From contig CP075495.1 of NCBI GenBank assembly GCA_021613535.1, forward strand, positions 5,518,001 through 5,582,000: DNA of 64,000 nt. Direction: 5' to 3'. The notes below the pieces were generated by a model. The model did no database searches and was not told where the DNA came from. It saw only the letters and a list, made by a program, of their open reading frames with translations. Shown in pieces: positions 53,701 to 64,000 of this stretch. Both the position numbers and the translations under genes were made by a program. Origin of the DNA: Adineta vaga. Lineage: Eukaryota > Animalia > Rotifera. The stretch's first letter is position 1. The number at the start of each line of letters is the position of its first letter.

Positions 53701-55331
53701 AACGGGATTATATCGAATACAAGGTTTGATATAAAAAAAAGAAGCAAATGATTATGAAAGTCTTTTTCTTAATTAGGTCTTCGTTATCGAATATTATCAA
53801 CAAATCAAGAGTATCTATTCAAAGATATTCCAGCTATTCGTCATTGTTCTTGTTCAATTGACGTTGTTGATGAATTGCCAATTCTTGGTCTCGAATGTCT
53901 TTTTGTTAATGAGACAAAATTAGATTTTATTAATCAAACAACAACAACATATTCTGCACAAGTTCATCGAGAAGAAAAGTATATTAATAATTAGAGAGAA
54001 TTACGTTTAAAAAAAACGATGTTTTATAGTTTGTTTGTAACATTGGACTTACTTAATTCATCGACAACATGTAATATCGATAATTTAGAGATACAAGTTT
54101 TTGCCTCTGGTTTTCAAGTAACAGGTTTGATTGATAATCAAACGAAACAATACGATTGTTGCCTTTACTTTTGTTAGAATATATCAAAATTACACAATTT
54201 AATTTACCGATGTTAATCGGTGAAAAGATGAAACCAACTGTAGATCTTTCGGAAATATATGATCGTTGTCTTTTACGTCATGGTCGAACAGGATCAAATA
54301 TTGAAGTAAAATGAAAAGAAATATTATTTGAAAAAGAAATTCTCTTATATATTATCATTCAGTGTTTAAATCTGGAATTTCGTTTGAAATATTCCAATGA
54401 AACTTCCAATACAAATGGCTATTATCGACAAAGTACAATTGAACTTCGTTTAGATTATTTTTCATCAATTATATTTGAAATTAATGATATACAAAATGAT
54501 GAAGAGTAAAACATCCTTTTTCTATGATTTCAATTTCAAATAACCATAAATATGTCTTTTTAGTGATTTATCTTATGTAATTTGTTGTAAAATTGTGAAT
54601 CATCTATCTGAAGACATTACATTAGAGAATAATATTATCAAACCAACGGAAACCTCATTGAGAACAATAAAACAAGATAAAATTAAATTAAATACATTTC
54701 CAATAGATTTCAATGAATTAATTACAGCTATTCGAAATCAATTACCAACACATATTCATTATAAAACAACGAATTCAGTGAGTATAATTAAATATAATAT
54801 CATGTTACATCCGATAGAGTTTTAGATCTGTAGATAAAGATGAAATAAATTATATCATAATACTTTTCTTTTTTTTCAAATAGAATAAACATCTTCGTTT
54901 ACCAATTGATTGGCAAAATTTCTCAAATGATAAAATTCAAAATCATTTCAATGATCTTATACAATCACCTTATACATGTGATTGGCATTTCGAAAGATTT
55001 GCAAATACTTTACACATTCATCTATGTATTTCATCAATATATTATAAAATCTTTCAATTAGAATTTCGATTTCCATCATCTACTGGTCTACGATTTTTAA
55101 ATTCAAATAAAATTCTCTTCAAAGATGTAATTATTCGAACTTTCGTTTTTGTTCAATTTCGAAGAAAAAAATAATATTCATGTGTTCTTTTTTTTTGTCT
55201 AGATTGAACCGGGAAAATATTTCATGGCTGAACGTATTTTAATCTTTTCTCAAGGAGATAATTCCGATGTACTTGTCGTCGATGTTAGTGTGAATAATAT
55301 CGCATGGAAAAGTCTTACATTAACATTTTAA
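50737..55331 (+). CDS. TRAPPC9: TRAPP II subunit TRAPPC9/Trs120-like, divergent, multi-exon
   Basis: KRKADCFLLLG...NDSVWHAAALEG matches the Trs120 N-terminal signature; also IGLKRKSALY and FWVKNERVQIALVVEN. One ambiguous junction at ~51441. Confidence 0.78.
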
Positions 55332-57246
55332 TAGTTTGAAACGAAATATTTGATTGATTTTTATGACTTAATATACTAATAAAAGAATAATTTGTATTTT
55401 ACATCTATACTCTTTAAGTGACTATACAAATGAATTGAAGTTTCACTAAGATTATTTTGCTTTGTCACATTTATACAAGAGTAGAGTTTGTCGAATGTAT
55501 GATATGTTGAATAAGAAAACAATTCTTATCTTTTTTGTTTGAAGAAAACAAAAGCCTAACAATTTAGAATAAATGAAAATGATAAACAATTTGTCGTCAA
55601 CTTTCCTTTTTCAGTAGCAAACGAAAACATCTCGACATCACTTGTTTCAATGAAAACTCATCGTATTCATTTCAAATTCTCTGACAGTAAAGTATAGTTG
55701 TGATTTCCAGCTTGAACAGTTGACGATTTATCTCCTGAAATTGAATCAATATTCATTCGGTGTTTTGTTTTTCTCGTACTAATTGAATTGAAAATGAAAA
55801 ACAGAATTCTAACGCCATCTAGTAAGAATTAAATTCAACCTTTTCTTTCGTTCGTCTAAAATTAAATGTGAGCAATAATGATTCATACTATCTTTTGTTT
55901 GACTCAGCCTTGATGAATCGAATTCGAAAGTTGGCCAAAAAAGGAGAAAAACGCGAAAATGTTGCCTTTTTGTTGTCTGCTATTCTGTTATTTCATTCAC
56001 ATTAGTATTTTGTATTAGGTCGAAAATGCCTTGAAAAAGTCATTTTGATCTGATTTTTATTTTTCTGTCAACGAACAATGACTTTCATTTAACAATACAG
56101 ACAATCAGAAATGTATTTTCATTTTTCGAACTTACAAACGATAAGCTTTACGATGACATACGCATCATTAGTAGCTAAGCCTAACATTCCTTCGTTTTTT
56201 TCTTCATAGCTCCTACACATTTCTTTTCTTTCTTGTTTTATATTCTTATGTTTTTAGAAAAAGAATTCAAGCTTACTTCTCGTATTTTTTTTCACTCGAA
56301 TTGCAACTGATCACATGGATAGTTTGTTTAACCATATGGAATGAATAATGAAAATATCGATTCTGTGCAATAGTAAGTCATCAATCGACGAGTAGAAAAG
56401 AATGAATAACATGGTTAGTAGAAAGAAGAAAAGATGAATGTAATATTAAGTGGGAGTTTTATTAGTCATTGCATTTCTTGCATGTATTGATTTTAATCGA
56501 ATAGATAAACTGATACAATGTAAAAGAATGAAAATTCAAATCTATTCTGTCGTTTTCTTCTTGTAAGCATTTTGTTTTGGATTCAAAAAATCAGGTAATA
56601 CCCACAAAATGTTTTATTATCAACACCAGTAAGACATCCAAGTGTAATAATCAAACGAAGTTTTCTCTAGTCTTACCATTGTCAACGCAAAATCAATGAA
56701 GACAATCAGAAATTCAGTCAAATGGAATTGAATCAGTCCGTAAGTCATTTTCAATATTACAAATGAAAAAGAAAGTCTTTTATTCACTTTTCACTGTTCA
56801 ATCTTTACAAACTCTAATACACAAACCTTCCGGCAGAATTCAAGGCAAAAAAAACCACAAAGTTCATTTACTCTTTTTTCAAATCGATCGCAAATGTTTC
56901 GTAGAAGAAATTTATCAAGCACACATATACACTTCTATTGAAAATATTTGTTCCTTAATCGATAAACACATTTATGACTTATCATAAAAGTATTAAATAA
57001 TGATGTTATTATTTTTCTCTTTTTCTTTTCAGTCGATATTCTTTCATCCAATCACCTTAGGTGAATTAACAATTGGCCGACGAAAATAAGATGAATCAAC
57101 TCGTTCTTATTATGGAATTCATTGTTTAGTAGTAGAACGATCTTTTATGTCCAATGATAATAAAATATCAATGATAGAAGAATTTGACGTTAGAATATTT
57201 CTTTTATTTTCAGATAACATATTTTGTAAAGTAAATAATTAAAAGA

Positions 57247-60200
57247 ATGAATGATGATGGGCATCAAGAACATGAAAAGAAAAAAGCAAAGGAGAAGAAA
57301 AGAGAAAATCCGGTAAGAATGTTTCGACATGTAAACGGATTTACTCATAATAGTTGATGATTTTAGGTCGGTACATTGTCATCGAAATTCATGGTAAGTT
57401 ATCAATATTGATTTTTATCAAATACTTCGCAAATATGTATCGTTCTATTTCCATATGGTGCAAATATTTTGCATTGATTTTATATTCTAATTAGAATATC
57501 AATTCTTATTCTATTAATAAGATATCTCAAACATGTACGTTCTAATAAAACTACTTTGATGTATTCATGCTGAGATACATTGAGAATTTGTCTTATGAAC
57601 TTCAAAAGTATCGAACAGAAAGTTAAATCATTCATTCAGAAACGTCATATTGAATAACGTATAAGTAATATGTCAAGATTTATCTGAAGTAGAAAGGATC
57701 GAATTAATAATAATTATTCTAAATTATTTATCAATTTCGATCATGAAAATTCTTGTGTCTTATAATTTTCAGAAAACGATGAGAATATCAACTGGAAAAT
57801 CACGTAATCCACTTCCATTTGATACAAGTTCTGATAATACTGCATCAGGTTCCAGTAAAAACAATCATGTAACTACAACATATGATAGTACATTTACATC
57901 TTATGGAGCATCAGAATTAAATCCAGTTTCGTCATCGACTACGGCAAACGAGCTTGATGTTACCACATTAACAGATGATGAAGTTCGAGAACGTTTTAAA
58001 TCTGTTATGGTTCGTATATTATCTTCTGATGAATAAAATTCATTCTAATCATAATGGTTTTCAATTTCTTTTTAGGATGATTTATTCGAAGGAAATGAAA
58101 CAAAAAAGAAAATGTTTGAGCAAACAACTACTGCACATATGAGAGAAATGCTTAGTTCACATTATAAATTGGCAACGGTAGAACTTCTTCTTCTATTATC
58201 GAAAAATCAATTAATATAGTTTTTCTTTTCTTTCTCTAGAATGAAATGAGTGGTCCGAAATCACCTGAATATCAAATTCAATGTTTAAATAATGTTACTA
58301 TTGATAATATCTATTCCAAAAATAGTAAAGATACGTTTGAACGTGTAGCCTTTTCATTGAAAAAATATGGTTTAAAATGGAGTAAAGTATTTGGTGAGAA
58401 TTCTAATGGTCCTAATGCAATGCTTAAAGCTATGAGAGCTTGTATCGCTAAAATTCAATTTACTCGAGAGTATGTTGATTTCACTTTAAGATAATGACGA
58501 ACATTCTTCTTTGTTTTGTTCATTTAAATAGAAAAGTCAATCGAGATGGTGATGAACGTCGAGAAAAACAAAGCGCATTGCATGAAATTTTAGGAGCTGG
58601 TATTGACGCATTTAAAACTTATCTTAATCTTGGATGGAATTTTAATTCAATGAGAGAATCATTAGCAAAAGATATTGCAGAAATAACTATTGACGTATTA
58701 AATATCTTAGCTTTTGAAACAGATGAACGATCAAATAAGATTAAACAAACGTGTGCTATTCTTTTATTTGCATTGGCTATGCCAAATGAAAATAAGTATG
58801 TTGGAAGATACATTTTTTCCAGAATATCTTCTGTTGTCTAATGAGACAAGAAATATTAAAAATCGATTTGTTTCTAGCCCATCAAATGGCCAAAATATTG
58901 TTCAACTTTTATCACAATCTGTGAAAAAATGGTGGCCAGGCCGTGAAAGATTTGACTGTTTGATTAATTCATTTGAAGGAGGAATAGAAATAGCTGTATG
59001 TATATTTAATGAACTAATTCAACGTCGAATCAATCCTTATTCGAATCTTTCATTTTTATAGAGTAGTTTTTTAATGTGTATCAATGCTATATTTGTTACT
59101 TTATCCACTGAACATCGTTATCATTTACGTAGTGAATTATTTCGTTGTGGTTTTAAATCAAGTTTCGAGGTAATAATCTAATATATATATATATCTTTGT
59201 ATAAATTATTTCATTATACTAGGGTTTACAAAGAAAAGTACAAGAATGTGAAGATTTAAAACAGAGAGAAATGCTTGCGGCACAAATTAATTTATTTCTT
59301 CGTCATATTGACGATGATTATCAATCAATGAATATTAAACTTGAATCAATAGCCAGTAGTTGGGCGTAAGAATTTCAACTTGTTTTTTTATAGATGAAAA
59401 GGAAACGAACAAATTTGAAAATATTCTAGTGATCTACAAGCTTGTTTTGATTATCTATATGGTTTAGTTAAAAGTACACCTTCAGAACCAATACTTGCTA
59501 GTATTATCAATCGACTGATTTGTATTCGTGATGATCCAGCTATTCGGTGAGTTCATGTAGAACTGAATTATTTCTTTTTAAAATCTATCAGACGTTTTCC
59601 AATTCTAGTTGTTCTTATTTACGTTTAATTGATGAATGTGTAACGCGTATTGTTTTTTCGAAATCCGCTTGTGATCCTGATTTTGATACATATTCTATCG
59701 ATAGTGAATCGATTGGTGATTCAGGTTTGGGTTTGAATGATCATATAACATCAGCTCGTAATGGTTCATTACATGATCTTTCACAAATGGCAAGCAATAC
59801 AATTAATAATTTAGCGGCGACTGAAAATGAAATACAAATAAATCTAATGAAAGGACGTGTTGAACATCTTGAACAAACGAGAGAAAAATTAACAAAAGCA
59901 TTGGAAACTGTTTTAACTAAAGTAAACAAAGAAAGGAAAGGAAAGAAGACAAAATCGATCAACTCATTTCTTTTATTAGGTTGATTCAGAAACAGTGAAT
60001 AATTTGAAAAGACAATATGGTGATATTTTTGGAGATATAACGCCCGCTAGCAGTTCTACAAATGTGTTCCACAAGCACCACCAGCTCCGCCACTTCCACC
60101 ATCGATGGGAAATATACCACCACCACCGCCCATGCCAGGATCATTAGGAAATGTACCGCCACCACCTCCATTACCAGGAAATTTAATGCCACCACCTCCA

Positions 60201-63200
60201 CCACCAGGTAAAATATTTAAAACATTTTGAAAACTAATCGTGAGTAAAACATTAAATATATCAACAGGAAATATACCACCACCACCACCTCCTATGCCAG
60301 GTCAGATCATTTGACTATGCTTGTGTGCTTCTCTTGCTTTTGCCTGTCTTCTTTCTTCTGCTTGCTTACGTTTTCAAAAAGAAAAAAAATCGAACTAAAC
60401 CCTTTTTCCAGGTCTCATACCACCAGCACCTCCAATGATGACAGAAGGTGGCATACCACCACCTCCACCGTTTCCAGGCATGACGGGTAGTGGCGGTGCA
60501 CCACCTCCGCCCCCACCATTTCCATGACGGGTAGTGGAGGCGTACCACCACCACCTCCACCGTTTCCAGGAATGACGGGTAGTGGCGGTGCACCACCTCC
60601 ACCTCCACCATTTCCAGGAATGGCTGGTAGTGGAGGCGCACCACCACCACCACCGATGATGAATATGACTGCTCCTACACTTGGTAGATACAAATATTTG
60701 TGTAAAATATAAATCTAAAACTACTGTTTGAATTTTTTACTATTGAGGTCCACCACCATTGCCTGATTATTTACCAACAAAACAAAAATACGTTGTTGGT
60801 GAAGCTGTGAAAAAAGTTGCTTGGAATAAAATAAATCCACAATCAATCAAGAAAGATTCAATTTGGGCAAATATCGATGAGAAAAACTTTCAAAAGAAAG
60901 ATCTTTTTACAGCAATTAAACAAAACTTTGCAACAAAATCAGCTCCTAGTATGTACTAACATTCTTCGCAATTCATCTCTCATATTTCTAATACAAATCT
61001 TTCTTTTAATATTAGCTAAAAATCTGGCTGATAGTGATAATGAATCGTCATCATCGTCGGCAACAACTGTTAAGAAAACAAAAGAATTTCGTGTACTTGA
61101 TCCACGCGCTGGTCAAAATTTTGGTAAACTACTTTTATCATATTGATATTTTGAACTGTTCATTTCTTTTTCTCATTTAGCTATTATGTTTAGTCAATTG
61201 AAATCCACTCCACAACAATTCCGTCAGTGGGTTCTGGCATGTGATAGTCAACATCTGACAAGTGATTTACTTGCACAATTAGATAAATCACTTCCAACTC
61301 CAGAAGAATTAAAAAAACTATCTGAATTGAAAAACGAAATTAATGATTTACCCGATTCAGAACAGTATTTCTGTGCCGTAAGTGTCAAATCTTAGAAACA
61401 AAATCATGATATTAATTTAGTTAATTATATATACAAATAGGTTAGTGATATAAAACGTTTACATCAACGTATTAAATTACTTCTATTTAAAAGTCAGTAT
61501 AAAGAATTATTAGAAGAAACAGAAAAGGTAAAGAATTTACTATTACAAATGAAAACGTTTATGGTTTTTTTTTGCAATTTGTAGAATCTTGTTGCTGCAC
61601 GACAAGCTTGTGAAACAGTTCGTCGATCAAAACGTTTTCCAAAATTAATCGAATTTGTACTAACTATTGGCAATTACATGAATTCAAGTGCCAAAACTTA
61701 CGAACCTATCTATGGTTTTGATATCAGTTTTCTCCCAAGGGTAAGACTGATTGTCATTTACAATTTATAGACAATGATGTACATTTCGTTTTCTTTTCTT
61801 AAATAGTTGCATTCAACAAAAGCAATTGATGGTAAACGAACGTTATTACATTTTATTTTACAAGAAATCGAAAAAGATCATGCAGATCTATTAAAATTTG
61901 GAGATGAATTTCAAGGTGTTGCAGAAGTTGCATCGAAAAGTAAGATACTTTCGATCATTTTTCTCTACAGAAAGCTTCACTTCTGTTTGTTATTTATTTA
62001 TAGTTGATACGAATGAATTACAACGAACATTAAATGAAATAAAATCACGTGTTACTGGTGCTCAAACAGATTTAGATAATGCTAAAAATACTCCAGCAGA
62101 TACTCTCACAGGTGATCGTTTTGCTGATGCAATGGAGGTAATTAGAATGTTTTTACCTTGTGATATGTATAGTTGATTAATTATTTAGGGTTTTGTCAAA
62201 GGTGCACGAGGTGATATAGAAAGACTTGAAGCATTGAATGTAAAATTAACAAGTGCTTATCAAGATTTATGTGATTATTTAACGGTTGATCCTAAAAAAT
62301 GTCCTTTGAGTGATTTTTTTACGGATTTAAAAACATTCTGTACAGTATTTTTAACATGCTTACAAGAAAACCGTTTATGGCGTGAACAAGATGAAAAAGC
62401 TCAACGAGCTAAACAATCCAAACAATTAGTCGATGAAATACGAAAGACTCATCGTTCGGAACCTAAAGCAGAACCAAAAGCTTACTTTAAACCAAGTAAA
62501 ATATCCACTAAGATATTTTATCGATTAAAACATTTCCTATGAACTATTTCTAGGTGACGAAGATACCGATGTTGTATCGAATCTTATGTCTGTACTCAAA
62601 GATACAAATACGGCATCACAACAAAGACGAGTTCGTCGACCGCCAGGTACGTTTTATCATTTTTAGGAATAGAGATTTCCTTTGTTTTTCTTCCCCTTTA
62701 TCCCTATATTTTAATATTTTTTTGTTATCCATACACGTTCAGAAGCTGAAGCATTTGCTGGAGTAATGAAAGAAATGAGTAATATCCCAGTACATCGATC
62801 AACACCTTCATCTCATGGTGATAATCTATCAAATATTCATCAACGTCCACCACCCCCTCCACCATCACCACATGGTGGTATTCGATCACCACAATTTCGA
62901 TTACCACCACCACCAATACCAGCACGAAATCCTCGAAAGACAACGGTAGAATAATCGCTACTGTTTCGACTATGCATCTCTGTTTTTGTTAATGCTTTCT
63001 TCATATTTTGTCGGTGTTCGGTTTTCTGTCATTATCGCCTTACTGATGCTTTTTTTGAATAATGTGACATATGCATGCTCAGGGGAAAATGCTTTCAACT
63101 ATTTTATCAAAATCAAATATCTAAAATTGTTGTCTATTGCTAATATTGATTTTGTTTTTGTGTCTTTCTTCAGCATCGCTGAGCCGCGATGTACCGGTAG

Positions 63201-63498
63201 TATGTTAACATTATCGGTAAGTAGCATAGTATATACATATTCACTCTCTTTCTATCTGGTATATGGGCATCATTATCAACACTAACTGCTTTTTTCGCTT
63301 TAATTCTTATGCTTTAAACTAAATTCATTGAAATAATAATTATTTGTTCTTTTTTTATCCTATATTCTAGGCCGATTGAAAGTAAATGATCTTCGAGCAA
63401 AAATAATTGATCGAGAAAATGGTCATTTACCATCTGATAATCATGCAACACCTCGTCTACTAGCTTCATCTATTCTGAAAGATCGAAATTATGTTTAA
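57247..63498 (+). CDS. Diaphanous-related formin (GBD/FH3, FH1, FH2, DAD) with possible alternative C-terminal exons
   Basis: FH3-like HRYHLRSEL and DPDF, poly-Pro FH1, FH2 motifs KKVAWNKI, LTIGNYMN, GFDISFL and TLLHF. DAD-like VVSNLMSVL followed by RRVRR. Apparent frameshifts at ~60064 and ~60523. Confidence 0.9.
60445..60656 (+). repeat. GC-rich ~48-nt tandem repeat encoding FH1 units GGxPPPPPPFPGMTGS
   Basis: About four units of ccacctccaccgtttccaggcatgacgggtagtggcggtgca-like sequence. Confidence 0.88.
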
Positions 63499-64000
63499 AA
63501 ACAAATAATTTCATTCAATCGATTCTTTTCTTTATTTATTAAGCATTGATATGATTCAATCTAGATGTATATATTCACATATCTTGCTATTCTTGAAAAA
63601 ACTAATGTTATGTAAATACGATTTGATTTTGTGTTTGTCTGTATCTATAATCATCTATATTCTAACTTTAATATTTTTTGTCTTTGTTCTTCTATTTCAT
63701 TTTCAAATATGTAGATAGTTGAATGATATTGTTTATTTAAATATGTCTTCTTCTTTCTTTAACAGACGTGCCCATATATGTTCGAAATATTTCTCTACTC
63801 TCTTCCATCTATTAACTGTTCTATTGTGTTAAATGACCGAGATAGTATGTCTTTCAGATGTTGAAATGAGTTGAGATTAAAGAATATATACATATCTCTT
63901 TTGATTTTTTCCTTTCTTTTCATATATATTTTTGTGTTTTTTGTTCAATTAGTACACATTCGTTTTCCCTTTTTCTTTTGCTATCAATGTATTTTTTTTG

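Noticed and set aside
55900-55906. Single TGACTCA sites at 55900 and 50282
   Set aside because: A few isolated copies are expected by chance in 64 kb.
60445-60656. Tandem repeat as a CRISPR-like array or mobile element
   Set aside because: No unique spacers; it encodes FH1 poly-Pro units.

Overview
AT-rich, gene-dense eukaryotic (animal) DNA with many short (~50-65 nt) GT-AG introns. Composition, codon habits and intron size suggest a bdelloid rotifer; this is an inference, not a database result. By manual splicing I find about 16 protein-coding genes: an intronless cytoplasmic intermediate filament; a large two-PDZ-domain protein; a GH35 beta-galactosidase; an M13 neprilysin-like peptidase; MED23; a Jun-family bZIP; an SLC35A nucleotide-sugar transporter; DOHH; PABPC; two tandem GH20 hexosaminidases; an orphan basic protein; a type II membrane EB-repeat/CBM14 chitin-binding protein; MPP10; TRAPPC9; and a diaphanous-like formin. 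No tRNA, rRNA, CRISPR array or recognisable transposon was seen. The most notable signals are architectural. The beta-galactosidase gene is nested on the same strand in a 3.4-kb intron that splits a PDZ domain. MED23 has a textbook AT-AC U12-type intron and an enlarged intron hosting an antisense ORF. The two probably GPI-anchored hexosaminidases share a ~710-nt gene-conversion tract that includes introns. The formin FH1 region is built from symmetric cassette-like exons next to a YGCY cluster. Several small frameshifting deletions may be assembly errors. Exon boundaries were read by eye and need RNA-seq confirmation.
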